From: Halarcobacter sp.
GTDB taxonomy: Bacteria; Campylobacterota; Campylobacteria; Campylobacterales; Arcobacteraceae
Assembly (NCBI GenBank): GCA_963676565.1
Contig: OY781089.1
Span: forward strand, 2,752,001-2,816,000
Length of the DNA stretch: 64,000 nt
Direction: 5' to 3'
Both the position numbers and the translations under genes were made by a program. Under the pieces are notes generated by a model. That model worked only from the letters and a program-made list of their open reading frames with translations. It searched no databases and had not been told where the DNA came from. Shown in pieces: positions 38,566 to 50,006 of this stretch (position 1 is its first letter; each line of letters opens with the position of its first letter).

Positions 38566-39993
38566 TTATACTCCTAATGCTTTTTTAACTCCAGTTGCAT
38601 AATCTGGATGTACCTTTTCAAATAAAGCAATTTGTCTATCAATAATATCTTGAGGAACTCCATCCATTGCATCTTTAATATTGTTGAACAACTGCTCTTT
38701 TTGGTTTTCACTCATTAAAGTAAATAGTGCAGTAACTTGAGTAAAATCATCATTTCCAACTCTATGGTCATATCTATCAGCTATATCACCTACTTCTAAT
38801 TGTGGCTCAGAATATTTTTTGTCTTCAACTGGTCCATTAAAACTATTTGGTTCATAGTATGCATCTGTTCTTTCTCTTTGCTCAAAATTCATACTTCCAT
38901 CTGCATTATAAGTATTTACATCAACTATTGGTCTATTTACTGGTAACATCTCATAGTGTGTTCCAACTCTATATCTATGAGCATCTGGGTAAGAGAAAAT
39001 TCTAGCTTGTAACATTTTATCTGGTGAGAATCCAATACCTGGAACTACATTTGATGGAGAAAATGAAGCTTGTTCTATTTCGTTAAAATAGTTTTTAGGA
39101 TTTTCATTTAAAGTCATTTCACCAACTTTGATCATTGGATAATCTCCATGAGGCCAAACTTTTGTCAAGTCAAATGGGTTAAAATTAGATTCTTTTGCCT
39201 GCTCTTCTGTCATAACTTGAATTTCAAAACTCCACTTAGGAAAGTTTTTATTTTCTATGTTTTCAAATAAATCTCTTTGATTTGATTCTCTATCTTTAGC
39301 TACAATCTCCTCTGCTTCTTTATTTGTAATAGTTTCAATTCCTTGTTTTGTTTTGAAGTGAAATTTAACCCAAACTCTTTTACCTTCGTCATTAATTAAA
39401 CTATATGTATGTGAACCATATCCATTTACATGTCTATATGATTTTGGAAGTCCTCTATCAGACATTAAAATTGTTACTTGATGCAGACTTTCTGGACTTA
39501 ATGACCAAAAATCCCAAGCAGCTGTATTACTTCTTAGATTTGAAACGGGATGTCTTTTTTGGGTATGTATAAAATCAGGAAATTTATATGCATCTCTAAT
39601 AAAAAAAACAGGAGTATTATTACCAACTAAATCCCAATTACCTTCTTTTGTATAGAATTTAAGAGCAAATCCTCTTACATCTCTTTCTGCATCTGCTGCT
39701 CCTTTTTCACCTGCAACAGTTGAGAATCTAAGTAAAAGTCTTGTTTTTTCACCTTTTTGTAATACTTTTGCTTTAGTATATTTTGAAATATCTTCTGTGA
39801 TTTCTAAAACACCATATGCCCCACTACCTTTTGCATGAACTACTCTTTCTGGAATTCTTTCTCTATTTTGATGAGCTAGTTTTTCAATTAATTGATAGTC
39901 TTCTAATAATACTGGCCCTCTTTGACCTGCTGTTTTAGAGTTTTGATTATCCGATATTGGATTACCAGCTGTTGTTGTTAATGTCTTTTTCAT
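38566..39993 (-). CDS. katA: Monofunctional heme catalase
   Basis: [39 protein letters not shown]. Confidence 0.96.
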   Translation of the reverse strand: MKKTLTTTAGNPISDNQNSKTAGQRGPVLLEDYQLIEKLAHQNRERIPERVVHAKGSGAYGVLEITEDISKYTKAKVLQKGEKTRLLLRFSTVAGEKGAADAERDVRGFALKFYTKEGNWDLVGNNTPVFFIRDAYKFPDFIHTQKRHPVSNLRSNTAAWDFWSLSPESLHQVTILMSDRGLPKSYRHVNGYGSHTYSLINDEGKRVWVKFHFKTKQGIETITNKEAEEIVAKDRESNQRDLFENIENKNFPKWSFEIQVMTEEQAKESNFNPFDLTKVWPHGDYPMIKVGEMTLNENPKNYFNEIEQASFSPSNVVPGIGFSPDKMLQARIFSYPDAHRYRVGTHYEMLPVNRPIVDVNTYNADGSMNFEQRERTDAYYEPNSFNGPVEDKKYSEPQLEVGDIADRYDHRVGNDDFTQVTALFTLMSENQKEQLFNNIKDAMDGVPQDIIDRQIALFEKVHPDYATGVKKALGV

Positions 39994-40011
39994 GAATATC
40001 CTTTTTTATTT

Positions 40012-40024
40012 GATAATTTTTATC
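40012..40024. promoter_or_regulatory. Fur/PerR-like box upstream of katA
   Basis: GATAATTTTTATC, one mismatch to GATAAT-N-ATTATC; region is very AT-rich. Confidence 0.5.
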
Positions 40025-40170
40025 TTTTAATAAATTTATTCTACAAGTTAAAATATTAAATCTAAATATAATTAACATATTAAAAAGTGAAACTAAGTAA
40101 AAAACTATTTATAAAAAAAGGTAATAAATATAAAGAGATAGATATGTTTTGTAGCTAAAAAAAGGCAAAA

Positions 40171-40220
40171 AAAAAGCTTCTAGATAAAAGAACCTAAGTT
40201 CAAATATCTAAAAGCTTTTT
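40171..40220 (-). terminator. Hairpin downstream of the tRNA pair
   Basis: aaaaagcttctagata / tatctaaaagcttttt. Confidence 0.6.
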
Positions 40221-40221
40221 A

Positions 40222-40296
40222 TGGCTCCGGCACCTGGATTCGAACCAGGGACCAAATGATTAACAGTCATCTACTCTACCACTGAGCTATGCCGGA
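40222..40296 (-). tRNA. tRNA-Asn(GTT)
   Basis: TCCGGCATAGCTCAGTGGTAGAG...GACTGTTAATC...GGTTCGAATCC...GCCGGAGCCA. Confidence 0.97.
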
Positions 40297-40334
40297 ATTT
40301 AAAATTATAATGTCATTTGAAAGAAAGTTTTGAG

Positions 40335-40409
40335 TGGCTCCGGCACCTGGATTCGAACCAGGGACCAAATGATTAACAGTCATCTACTCTACCACTGAGC
40401 TATGCCGGA
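40335..40409 (-). tRNA. tRNA-Asn(GTT), identical tandem copy
   Basis: Same 75-nt sequence with encoded CCA. Confidence 0.97.
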
Positions 40410-40482
40410 AACTGTCTTCCTTTTCAAATGGGATGGAATTATAGTAAAAAATATTTTCTTTGTCAAGGATTTTTGGAAAAAA

Positions 40483-41400
40483 TTACGAAATTTTATAAAA
40501 ATTTAATCCACTGCTATTTGTTAGCTTAATTTCACCTTTTTTTACTAGTTTTTCTAGTAACTCTTTACTTTTAAGGTCAAACATATTTTCAACATCTTCA
40601 TTGGTTAAAGGTCGTCTTTTTAACATAGAAACAATCTCTTTTTCATCATAAGAGTTTATTTGTTTTGGTCTATTTTTAAAAGCAATATTTACATTTATAC
40701 CTTCAAATCTATTTGCTACTTTTTCAAGTAATTCAAATGTCACAGGTTTAACTTCATATGCAGGTGGTCTATCAATTGTACCTATATCCACTCTATGTGG
40801 ATTTATTTTTTTCACAGCATTATAAAGTAATTCTATCTCTTCATCTTTATCATTTAAAGTTTTTACAAATAGTATTTCAAGCACTAGTTTATTAGTAGTT
40901 TCAGTTCTAAATTTAGCCATTGAATCAATCATCGCATCAATATCAATACCCTCATGTATTCTATCAAGCTTTTTAAAACACTTCTCACTTACACAATCAA
41001 GGGATAGTTTTACAGTATCAAGTTTTAATAAGGCATTATAAATCTCAGGCTTATAAATAGTACTTCCATTTGAAAGTATCATTGTTTTTGTTTCACCTTT
41101 GATTTTATTGATTTCGTCAATTAATTCATCAAGTTTTGGATATAAAGTTGGTTCACCATTTGCTGTTATGGTTATAACATCAATTCTAGGGTGCTTATCA
41201 AGACTTTTTTGTATCTCATTGATAACTTCTTCAACTTTTGGATAAGTTGTCATTGTATCTACCGTTTTAGCTTTCTCAAGCTCACAATAAAGACAATCAA
41301 AGTTACATTGTTTTGATGAAGGTGAAAGATCAATTCCCAATGATATACCAAAACGCCTAGATGGAATTGGTCCAAAGATTATAGAGTTTGAATATCCCAT
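40483..41400 (-). CDS. Radical SAM protein
   Basis: FGPIPSRRFGISLG, CNFDCLYC, GEPTL. Confidence 0.9.
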   Translation of the reverse strand: MGYSNSIIFGPIPSRRFGISLGIDLSPSSKQCNFDCLYCELEKAKTVDTMTTYPKVEEVINEIQKSLDKHPRIDVITITANGEPTLYPKLDELIDEINKIKGETKTMILSNGSTIYKPEIYNALLKLDTVKLSLDCVSEKCFKKLDRIHEGIDIDAMIDSMAKFRTETTNKLVLEILFVKTLNDKDEEIELLYNAVKKINPHRVDIGTIDRPPAYEVKPVTFELLEKVANRFEGINVNIAFKNRPKQINSYDEKEIVSMLKRRPLTNEDVENMFDLKSKELLEKLVKKGEIKLTNSSGLNFYKIS

Positions 41401-41432
41401 AATAAATAGTTCCTTTAATTTTTAGAAATAAA

Positions 41433-41459
41433 AAAAGAGAAGCTAAAAGCCTCTCTTTT
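41433..41459 (-). terminator. Terminator after hemE
   Basis: aaaagaga-agct / agc-ctctctttt. Confidence 0.5.
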
Positions 41460-41486
41460 GAAAATATGTTTTAGTTAGTAAAAAAT

Positions 41487-42524
41487 TTACTTCTTACTTA
41501 CTCTTTGACACTCTTTAACAAAGTGGATTGCATTTTCAACAGGAACATCTGGTAAGATACCATGACCTAGATTAAAGATATGACCCTCACCTTGCATTGT
41601 TTTTTGAATTGCTTCAACACATTTAGTAGTCTCTTCTTTTGAGTACAGTCTGCATGGTTCCATATTTCCTTGAAGAACGTACTTTTCACCAAGTTTTTCT
41701 TTTGCCATAGCCATTGGAGTTCCCCAATCTACACCAAATACATCAAAGTTTCCGTAAACTCCACCCATATTTATAAATGCAGATACACCTTTTGGGAACA
41801 TGATAACTGGAATTTCTGGATATTTTGCTTTTATAAAATCTGCAATTTCTACCATATATTTCCATGAGAATTCATCATATCTTCCTGGTTCTATTGCTGC
41901 TGCCCAAGAATCAAAGATTTGAACAACATCAGCTCCAGCTTCAATTTGTTTTACCATGTAATGTTTAACTACTTCAGTTACTTTTCTTAAGATTTTATGT
42001 AAAAGTTCAGGGTTTGAATACATCATTTTTTTACAAATGTTATATGTTTTTGTTCCTTGACCTTCAATCATATAAGTTGCAAGTGTCCATGGAGCTCCTG
42101 TAAAACCAATTAAAGCTTTATCTTCAGGAAGTTTTTGTTTTAATAATTTAATAGTATCATATACATATGTTAATTTATTGGCAGCTTCTTCGCCACCTAA
42201 AAGTGCATCAACGTCTGCTTCTGTAACAACTGGCTTATCAAATTTTGGTCCTTCACCTTTAATGAACTCTAAATCCATTCCCATTTCATGTGGAATAACT
42301 AGAATATCACTAAATAAAATAGCTGCATCTACACCAACTATATCTAATGGTTGAATTGTAACTTCACAAGCTTTTTCTGGATCATGACATAAGTTTAGAA
42401 AATTCCCTGCTTGAGCTCTAACTTCCATATACTCAGGTAAATATCTTCCCGCTTGTCTCATCATCCAAACTGGAGTATAAGGAGTTTCTTTTCTTAAACA
42501 TGCATCTACGAATATTTTTGACAT
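41487..42524 (-). CDS. hemE: Uroporphyrinogen decarboxylase
   Basis: [33 protein letters not shown]. Confidence 0.97.
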   Translation of the reverse strand: MSKIFVDACLRKETPYTPVWMMRQAGRYLPEYMEVRAQAGNFLNLCHDPEKACEVTIQPLDIVGVDAAILFSDILVIPHEMGMDLEFIKGEGPKFDKPVVTEADVDALLGGEEAANKLTYVYDTIKLLKQKLPEDKALIGFTGAPWTLATYMIEGQGTKTYNICKKMMYSNPELLHKILRKVTEVVKHYMVKQIEAGADVVQIFDSWAAAIEPGRYDEFSWKYMVEIADFIKAKYPEIPVIMFPKGVSAFINMGGVYGNFDVFGVDWGTPMAMAKEKLGEKYVLQGNMEPCRLYSKEETTKCVEAIQKTMQGEGHIFNLGHGILPDVPVENAIHFVKECQRVSKK

Positions 42525-43060
42525 CAATGCCCCTCTTCTTCTTTCTTTTCTTTTTTTCCAACTTTACCTAAAAAGTAAAGTCCTATTGAAAGTACCATTA
42601 TAGAGACTGCAAAATAAAGCATCTCTAAAGCACCATCATATTTTGTATGAAGTACTCTTTGGAAAAAACCAACTACAAGTACCATCACAACAACTTTTGC
42701 AATTTTATCTTTTAATTGATCAAGTGATGTAATCGCTAATATATTTTGTCCCTTATTAGACTCTTCAGCTACATCTATTTTAGAAATAAATAATTCATAT
42801 AAACCAAAAGCAAAAATTATCATTACAACAGCAATTAAATAAATATCAACTGCACCAATTATTTTACTAACTATAACTTCATGAAAGTCTGCTGGATGTA
42901 ATCCATTTAAATAAACATTTATAACATACATAAATACTTCAAAAATATCTACTGATCCAACTATAAATAAAATAATAGAACCAATAAGTCCAAAAATGAC
43001 AGCAAGAACAATAAAAATTCTTGTTCGCCACATTGTACCTTCAAAAAGCCTTTCAAGCAT
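42524..43060 (-). CDS. YqhA/UPF0114 family membrane protein
   Basis: [20 protein letters not shown]. Confidence 0.85.
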   Translation of the reverse strand: MLERLFEGTMWRTRIFIVLAVIFGLIGSIILFIVGSVDIFEVFMYVINVYLNGLHPADFHEVIVSKIIGAVDIYLIAVVMIIFAFGLYELFISKIDVAEESNKGQNILAITSLDQLKDKIAKVVVMVLVVGFFQRVLHTKYDGALEMLYFAVSIMVLSIGLYFLGKVGKKEKKEEEGH

Positions 43061-44097
43061 TAAATATCACTCTCCATCTCAATCCATTTAAGACCAATTC
43101 TAACTGCATTTGTAGCAGCTCCAACTCTTACTTGGTCAGCAACGTTGAAGAAATGAACAATGTTATCAGCATATACATCTTTTCTAATTCTACCAACATA
43201 AGTGATATCTGTATCAGTTGAGATAATTGGCATTGGATAAGCATTATTAGCTAAATCATCAATAACTTCAACATTTTCAAATCTTTCTAAAGCTTCTCTT
43301 ACTTCTGCAACATCTACTGAAGTTCCTTCTTCGAATGTAACAGTAATAGACTCAGAGTGTGATCTTAAAACTGGAACTCTAACACAAGTAGCAGCAACAG
43401 CAATCTCTTTGTGTAAGATTTTTTGAGTTTCAAGAACCATTTTCATCTCTTCTTTTGTGAAGTCATTTGGTTGTTGAACATCAATTTGAGGAATTACATT
43501 ATTTACAATTTGGTGTGCAAATGCTTTTTTCTCAGATTCATCTAATTTAAATGATAATAAATCTTGCATTTGTTTAACAAGCTCTTCCATACCAGTTTTA
43601 CCAGCACCCGAAACTGCTTGATAAGTTGATACATCTACTCTTTTAATTCCATATAATTCATCAAGTGGTTTTAATGCTAATACCATTTGGATAGTTGAAC
43701 AGTTTGGATTTGCAATGATTCCTGTTTCTTTCCATAAAGCAATATCTTCAGGGTTAACTTCTGGAACTACTAATGGAGTTTTTGGATCCATTCTAAAGTG
43801 ACTTGTGTTGTCAATTACAACTGCACCTGCATCAACAGCATATTTTGCATATTCTGCTGAAATAGAACCACCAGCAGAGAAGAATGCAATCTCTACTTCA
43901 TTTTCTTCAAAACAAGTTGGAGTTAACTCTAAAACAGTTACCTCTTTACCATCAAATTCAACTTTACTACCAGCACTTCTTGCACTTGCAAGAGGTACTA
44001 GTTTGTTAATTGGGAAGTTGTAATCTTTTAATACTCTACAAAGTTCTTCACCAACAGCACCTGTAGCACCCACTATAGCTACATTAAATTTTCTCAT
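43060..44097 (-). CDS. asd: Aspartate-semialdehyde dehydrogenase
   Basis: [30 protein letters not shown]. Confidence 0.97.
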   Translation of the reverse strand: MRKFNVAIVGATGAVGEELCRVLKDYNFPINKLVPLASARSAGSKVEFDGKEVTVLELTPTCFEENEVEIAFFSAGGSISAEYAKYAVDAGAVVIDNTSHFRMDPKTPLVVPEVNPEDIALWKETGIIANPNCSTIQMVLALKPLDELYGIKRVDVSTYQAVSGAGKTGMEELVKQMQDLLSFKLDESEKKAFAHQIVNNVIPQIDVQQPNDFTKEEMKMVLETQKILHKEIAVAATCVRVPVLRSHSESITVTFEEGTSVDVAEVREALERFENVEVIDDLANNAYPMPIISTDTDITYVGRIRKDVYADNIVHFFNVADQVRVGAATNAVRIGLKWIEMESDI

Positions 44098-46673
44098 TCT
44101 TCATTTCCTTTATTATCATCTAATTGTAAATTGTTTGTCTCTTCATTCGAATTCATTTCAGTATTATCTTTTAAATTAAATTCTGTTAAATCAATACCAT
44201 CCATTGTTTTTGCATTTTCAATATCAAGTTCATCATCATCCTCTTTTGGACATTTTGCAACTGAAACAACTTTATCTTGTGCATCTACGTTTACAATAAT
44301 TACACCAGAAGTATTTCTTCCCGCTTTTCTAATTGTATTCATATCAACTCTAATCATTTTACCAATTGAAGTTAATGCCATTAAATCCATAGATTCATCA
44401 ACTAATACAGCACCAACAACATTACCAGTTTTTTGGTGAAGTTTCATAGAGATAACTCCTGAACCTGCTCTATTAGTAAGTCTATATTCATCAACAGTTG
44501 TTCTTTTTCCTATACCTTTTTCAGATACAGTTAATAACTCTTGCTCTTCATTATCAACAACATTTGCATCAACTACGAAGTCAGTATCTTTTTTAAATTT
44601 AATACCTCTAACACCTCTTGTACTTCTACCTTGTTCTCTAGTTTTTTCAACTTCGAATCTAATACATTGACCTAAACTTGTAAAGATCATTAGATATTGT
44701 GTTTCTGGAGTTGTAATTTTTGCTGTTACAACTTCATCGGCATCATCAAGAACAATTGCTCTAACTCCATTTGATCTAATATTACTAAACTCAACTAATG
44801 ATGTTCTTTTTACAATACCATTTCTTGTAAAGAATGCTAAAGATTTAGACTCATCAAAATCACTAGTAGGGATAATTGCCATAATCTTCTCATCAGATCT
44901 TAGGTTGATTAAGTTAACAACAGCTTTACCTTTTGCAGTTCTAGATCCTTCTGGAATTCTATAAACTTTTAACCAATATAATTGTCCCATGTTGGTTACA
45001 AACATAAGTGTATCATGGGTGTTTGTTACAAAGAACCTTTCAATAAAGTCATCATCGTGAGTTGTAACGGCAACTTTTCCTTTACCACCCCTTCTTTGTT
45101 TTTCATATGCTTTAATTGGTACTCTTTTTACATATCCATTATGAGTAATAGTAACTACCATTGGCTCATTTGGAATTAAATCTTCAATATCAATTTCATC
45201 ATATGAATCTTCAATTTCAGTTCTTCTTTCATCAGAGTATTTTTCTCTAATTTCAGTTAGCTCTTCTCTGATTATTTCATTTAATTTTTCTTCAGATTTT
45301 AAGATAGCTTCAAGTTCTGCAATAAGTGTTAATAACTCTTGATACTCAGCTTCTAATTTATCCCTTTGAAGACCTGTTAATCTTCCAAGTCTCATATCTA
45401 AAATAGCTTGTGCTTGAATTTCACTAAGACCAAATCTATTCGATAAACTCTCTTTTGCTTCTGCGTCATTTGCAGAAGCTCTAATAATCTTAACAACTTC
45501 ATCAATATTGTCTAAAGCAATTTTTAACCCTTCTAAGATGTGTGCTCTTGCTTTTGCTTTTTCTAAGTCAAAAATTGTTCTTCTAATAATTACAGTTTTT
45601 CTGTGTGCTAAGAAAACATTTAAAAGTTGTGGTAATGTAAATACTTTTGGTTCTTTATTATGAACAGCTAAAAGAATAATACCAAAGGTAGTTTCCATAG
45701 GAGTTGATTTATAAAGGTTGTTTAGTACAATCTCACTCATAGCATCTTTTTTTAGTTCAATTACAACTCTAATACCATCTCTATCTGACTCATCTCTAAC
45801 TTCAGAAATCCCCTCAACAGTTTTTTCTTTTGCTAAGTTAGCAATTTGTTCAATAAGTCTTGATTTATTTACTTGGTATGGAAGTTCATCTAAAACGATT
45901 ACCTCTTTTTTACCTTTTGTTTCAATATGATGTTTTGCTCTAATTTTAACTCTACCACGACCAGTGTTATAAGCATCAATAATTCCTCGTCTACCAAAGA
46001 TTGTTCCACCTGTAGGGAAATCTGGTCCTTGGATAAACTCCATTAATTCATCAGCTGTTGTTTCAGGATTATCAATCATATGTAAAACACCATCTAATAA
46101 CTCACCTAAGTTATGAGGAGGAATTTTTGTAGCCATACCAACTGCAATACCTTCACTACCATTTAAAAGTAAGGTAGGAACTCTTGTTGGTAATACATCA
46201 GGTTCTTTCATTGTATCATCATAATTTGGTACAAAGTTAACTGTGTCTTTATCTAAGTCTTTTAGAACATCTTCAGATATTCTAGTCATTCTAGCTTCGG
46301 TATATCTCATCGCTGCAGCGTTATCACCATCAATAGAACCGAAGTTTCCTTGTCCATCTACAAGAGGAGCTCTCATAGAGAAGCTTTGCGCCATTCTTAC
46401 AAGAGCATCATAAACTGAACTATCACCATGTGGGTGATACTTACCGATTACATCCCCTACAATTCTTGCTGATTTTTTATATGGAGCTCTTGCACTCATA
46501 TTTAAATCATGCATCGCGTATAAAATTCTTCTGTGAACTGGTTTTAAACCATCTTTTGCATCAGGAAGCGCCCGACCTATGATTACACTCATTGAATAAT
46601 CTAAGTATGAAGCTTTTATACTGTCTTCAATATTTATATCAATAATATCTTGATTTTCGAAAAGGTTTTCCAT
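44094..46673 (-). CDS. gyrA: DNA gyrase subunit A
   Basis: [15 protein letters not shown], GyrA box QRRGGKG. Confidence 0.98.
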   Translation of the reverse strand: MENLFENQDIIDINIEDSIKASYLDYSMSVIIGRALPDAKDGLKPVHRRILYAMHDLNMSARAPYKKSARIVGDVIGKYHPHGDSSVYDALVRMAQSFSMRAPLVDGQGNFGSIDGDNAAAMRYTEARMTRISEDVLKDLDKDTVNFVPNYDDTMKEPDVLPTRVPTLLLNGSEGIAVGMATKIPPHNLGELLDGVLHMIDNPETTADELMEFIQGPDFPTGGTIFGRRGIIDAYNTGRGRVKIRAKHHIETKGKKEVIVLDELPYQVNKSRLIEQIANLAKEKTVEGISEVRDESDRDGIRVVIELKKDAMSEIVLNNLYKSTPMETTFGIILLAVHNKEPKVFTLPQLLNVFLAHRKTVIIRRTIFDLEKAKARAHILEGLKIALDNIDEVVKIIRASANDAEAKESLSNRFGLSEIQAQAILDMRLGRLTGLQRDKLEAEYQELLTLIAELEAILKSEEKLNEIIREELTEIREKYSDERRTEIEDSYDEIDIEDLIPNEPMVVTITHNGYVKRVPIKAYEKQRRGGKGKVAVTTHDDDFIERFFVTNTHDTLMFVTNMGQLYWLKVYRIPEGSRTAKGKAVVNLINLRSDEKIMAIIPTSDFDESKSLAFFTRNGIVKRTSLVEFSNIRSNGVRAIVLDDADEVVTAKITTPETQYLMIFTSLGQCIRFEVEKTREQGRSTRGVRGIKFKKDTDFVVDANVVDNEEQELLTVSEKGIGKRTTVDEYRLTNRAGSGVISMKLHQKTGNVVGAVLVDESMDLMALTSIGKMIRVDMNTIRKAGRNTSGVIIVNVDAQDKVVSVAKCPKEDDDELDIENAKTMDGIDLTEFNLKDNTEMNSNEETNNLQLDDNKGNEE

Positions 46674-46757
46674 TAAAAAATGCCTTTGTTATAAAATTTA
46701 AATATTTTATCTAAAAAAGGCTTAGCAAAAGGTGTTAAGAGTAGTTTTTAAGCAAAA

Positions 46758-46794
46758 AAAAAGGGTGAAATTTTTAAATACTTTCACCCTTTTT
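46758..46794 (-). terminator. Intrinsic terminator
   Basis: aaaaagggtgaaa / tttcacccttttt. Confidence 0.7.
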
Positions 46795-46811
46795 ACGAAG
46801 AATTTATTAAA

Positions 46812-47033
46812 TTATAAATTGTTCTCTTGTTTATATTTTACAATATAAGAATATACTTCATCTTTTAGTTTTAATTTATCTTTTTTCTTAGCTTCAATTT
46901 CAAATTGGTCAGCAAAATTTTTCTCTAGTTCACTAATCTCTTGATCTAAATCATTATGTTTTTCAATAACTGATTGAAAGTGTGCGTCTTGCTGTTTTAG
47001 TTCAGCGATAATATCTCTATGTTCGTTAAACAT
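46812..47033 (-). CDS. YdcH/DUF465 family protein
   Basis: HFQSVIEKHNDLD...KKDKLKLKD. Confidence 0.85.
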   Translation of the reverse strand: MFNEHRDIIAELKQQDAHFQSVIEKHNDLDQEISELEKNFADQFEIEAKKKDKLKLKDEVYSYIVKYKQENNL

Positions 47034-47104
47034 TGGCTTATCCTTTCTTTATAAAATTATTAAATTATATCAATAGAGGACTTAATAAAGTGTAAAAAAA
47101 TTTG

Positions 47105-47128
47105 GAACCCGAAATTTATTACGGGTTC
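47105..47128 (-). terminator. Hairpin after argJ
   Basis: gaacccg / cgggttc. Confidence 0.5.
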
Positions 47129-47174
47129 TCAAAGTATTTAAGAGTAGTAATTCAAAATAAGTTAAATACCTAAA

Positions 47175-48356
47175 TTATGTTCGGTAATCAGCGTTTATCT
47201 CTACGTATTTATATCCAAGGTCACATCCATATGCAGTGAAACTACCCTCACCTACACCTAAATCACAAATAACTTTAAATTTGTCATTTTGTAACACTTT
47301 TCCTGCTTTTTCTTCAACTTCTTTAGTAAAAACAATCTCGCCCTTATTAAAAACAACTACATCATTATAAGAGATAACTAATTTTGTATCATCACAAGTT
47401 ACACGACTTGCTCCAATTGTTGAAGCTATTCGTCCAAAATTTGGATCTTCACCAAAAAGTGCAGTTTTAACTAATAATGAGTTTGAAAGAGCTTTAGCTG
47501 CAATCTCTGCTTCTTCATTTGAAGCTGCATTAATAACTTCAAAAGCAACTGCTTTTTTAGCACCTTCGCCATCTGCAACCATTAACATAGCCATATCATG
47601 CATTACTAGTCTTAAAACCTCTTTGAAAGCTTCTTTGTCATATGCATTTGATTTTTTATTTGATAATAATAAAACTGTGTCATTTGTAGAAGTATCACCA
47701 TCTACTGAAATTGCATTAAATGTAGTATGAATATTAACATCCAACAGCTCTTGCATATCCTCACTTGGAATAGCTGCATCAGTACAAATAAAACAAAGCA
47801 TTGTTGCAAGGTTTGGATTTATCATTCCTGCACCTTTAGCAACTGCTCCTATTTTAAAAGAACTTCCATCTTCAAGTTTTACTTCATAAAGGCAAGTTTT
47901 AGGAAAAGCATCTGTTGTCATAATAGCTTGACTAAGATTTTCACCATTTTTTGAAGATAAATCAAATGAATTTGCGCCATCAATAATTTTTTGTTTTGGC
48001 AAAGGATTTCCAATAACCCCTGTACTACTCATAATAGGATTAGTGATTTCATGATTTAATGATGAAAAAATCTCATTGATATCATCAATCCCTTTTTGTC
48101 CTGTTAAAGCATTTGCATTTTTTGAATTAACTAATACAAAGTTTGTTTGAAAGTTATTCTCATAGTTTTGATAATGTTTTAGTGGTGCTGCTTGAAATTT
48201 GTTTAGTGTAAATACTGCTTTTACATCACATAAAGTATCACTATATATAAATCCTAAATCTTTGTTTCCGTTTGGTTTTAAACCTGCATGGATTCCATCA
48301 CAGTAAAATCCATCAATTGAATCTATAAAACCTTTTATTGGTAAAATTGTAAACAT
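47175..48356 (-). CDS. argJ: Ornithine acetyltransferase / N-acetylglutamate synthase
   Basis: IMTTD, KGAGMINPNLATML, DGDTSTND, DGEGA, NADYRT; start placed at 48356 because 48383 lies inside the repeat. Confidence 0.96.
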   Translation of the reverse strand: MFTILPIKGFIDSIDGFYCDGIHAGLKPNGNKDLGFIYSDTLCDVKAVFTLNKFQAAPLKHYQNYENNFQTNFVLVNSKNANALTGQKGIDDINEIFSSLNHEITNPIMSSTGVIGNPLPKQKIIDGANSFDLSSKNGENLSQAIMTTDAFPKTCLYEVKLEDGSSFKIGAVAKGAGMINPNLATMLCFICTDAAIPSEDMQELLDVNIHTTFNAISVDGDTSTNDTVLLLSNKKSNAYDKEAFKEVLRLVMHDMAMLMVADGEGAKKAVAFEVINAASNEEAEIAAKALSNSLLVKTALFGEDPNFGRIASTIGASRVTCDDTKLVISYNDVVVFNKGEIVFTKEVEEKAGKVLQNDKFKVICDLGVGEGSFTAYGCDLGYKYVEINADYRT

Positions 48357-48366
48357 AATATTATAT

Positions 48367-48522
48367 CCTTTTAAATGTCCCATTTAAAAGGGACCTAAAT
48401 CTATAAACTTCTTTTGACATGATTTGTAAAAAATCATTAAAGAAGCAAATTCTAAAGAGAACAACGAGTTGTGTTCTTAAAATGTCCCATTTAAAAGGGA
48501 CCTAAATCTGTAAACTTCTTTT
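48367..48522 (-). repeat. Structured dispersed element, copy B plus partial tandem copy
   Basis: Full unit 48367..48478 colinear with 4030..4144; 43-nt direct repeat 48373..48415 vs 48480..48522 with one mismatch, offset 107. Confidence 0.88.
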
Positions 48523-49642
48523 AAATCTCTTCAGGTTGTTTTTTTAAATTGATAATTCTTTTTGCTTTTGATATTGCTTTTTGACTACCAACTAGAAGAA
48601 GTTTAGAACCTGGGCTGATTACTGCACTACCTTTTGGCATTTGGATAAATCTTCCTTTTTTCTCAGTAATTCCAATAACTGAAACCTTTATCCTATCCCT
48701 TAAGTGTAAGTCCCTAATCTGCCTATTTACAACCCACGAATCTTCTTTAACAAAAGCTTCTTCCATATCAATAGGAGTATCTGGTTTATAAAGAAACTCT
48801 TCTAGAACATTTTCCATATCAGGACGAACTGCCATAGCTGAAACTCTTTTTGCCATAAGAGATGGTGTTGCAACCACTTTATCAGCTCCAAGTTTTTGAA
48901 GTCTGATTTTTTCATTATTTGTTTCGGCATTTGAGATAATCAAAAATGGGCTTCGTCCTAACTCTTTTTCATAAAGTCTAACTGATGCAATAAGTGTAAT
49001 ATTGTTTGAAATATTTTTTGAAAGTGAAATTGCACCCTTTGCTGAACTTAAATGAGATTTCAAAAAAGCTTCCTCTTTAAAAGGTTCCTCTTTTACATAA
49101 TATGGATAATTGCACTCTTTGGCAATCTCTTCAATATCATCACTTGGGTCAACTACCACAAATGGAACATGGTTTTGGTTAAACTGTTTAGCTAACTGTG
49201 CTGTATACTCATTGTGATAAAAAATTACGAAATGACGTCTAAGTCTTGCAATTTTATAAAGCATATTTCGTTCCTTGTATAGTTCAAATAAATTCCCTTT
49301 GATAATTGTATCAATTAATACTGCTGTTGAAAGGGTAAATATAGCAAATCCAAAAATAATCAGGGTAATTGTAAAAAATCTACCTGCTGGTGAGATTGGA
49401 GCAACTTCCCCAAATCCAACAGTTGTAAAGGTAATACCTGTTTGATAAACTGCATCTAAGATTGGAAAATCATCGATTAAAATATAACCCATTGTTCCAA
49501 TTATCATAATGAATTGGACTAAAACTAGAGGTAATCTAAAAGGTTTTAATTGAGAATATATGATTGGGTTTAAATCATATTCTGGTTTGGCTGAATGAAG
49601 TTCCCAGCCTAGAGCTTTTTTAACTCTTCTAAAAATGCTCAT
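48521..49642 (-). CDS. Potassium channel protein with RCK (TrkA-N/TrkA-C) domains
   Basis: Selectivity filter TTVGFG, two TM helices, RCK domains. Confidence 0.9.
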   Translation of the reverse strand: MSIFRRVKKALGWELHSAKPEYDLNPIIYSQLKPFRLPLVLVQFIMIIGTMGYILIDDFPILDAVYQTGITFTTVGFGEVAPISPAGRFFTITLIIFGFAIFTLSTAVLIDTIIKGNLFELYKERNMLYKIARLRRHFVIFYHNEYTAQLAKQFNQNHVPFVVVDPSDDIEEIAKECNYPYYVKEEPFKEEAFLKSHLSSAKGAISLSKNISNNITLIASVRLYEKELGRSPFLIISNAETNNEKIRLQKLGADKVVATPSLMAKRVSAMAVRPDMENVLEEFLYKPDTPIDMEEAFVKEDSWVVNRQIRDLHLRDRIKVSVIGITEKKGRFIQMPKGSAVISPGSKLLLVGSQKAISKAKRIINLKKQPEEI

Positions 49643-49666
49643 GAAAGCACTTTCTTAAGTGCTCTC

Positions 49667-49855
49667 TTATGAGTGTTTTTTAAGAGTTCTTAACTCTTTA
49701 GCAGAAACTCTAATTTTTCTAGTTGTACCATCTTCTAAAGTAACTCTAACAGTTCTTAAGTTTGGTAAAAATCTTCTTTTAGTCTTGTTGTTTGCGTGAC
49801 TTACGTTGTTTCCAACCATAGGTCCTTTTCCTGAAACTGAACATCTTCTTGACAT
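49667..49855 (-). CDS. rpmB: 50S ribosomal protein L28
   Basis: [24 protein letters not shown]. Confidence 0.98.
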   Translation of the reverse strand: MSRRCSVSGKGPMVGNNVSHANNKTKRRFLPNLRTVRVTLEDGTTRKIRVSAKELRTLKKHS

Positions 49856-50006
49856 TTTTTATTCCTTAAATTTTGTAGTGAAAAATATTCGCGTATTGTA
49901 CCTTGTTAAACTTAAGTTAAATTTAAAAATAGACCATCTTGTATAAGTTCTTTTATTAAAGATAGTTTTGATAATATTTTATATTATTTATATAAAAGGT
50001 TTATCT

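Noticed and set aside
40222..40409. tRNA-Asn pair as attachment site of an island covering the accessory region
   Set aside because: No integrase and no duplicated tRNA 3' end found within the window
48373..48522. Direct repeat as a mini CRISPR array
   Set aside because: Only two copies, the intervening 64 nt is itself conserved at 4.1 kb and structured, and no cas genes are present
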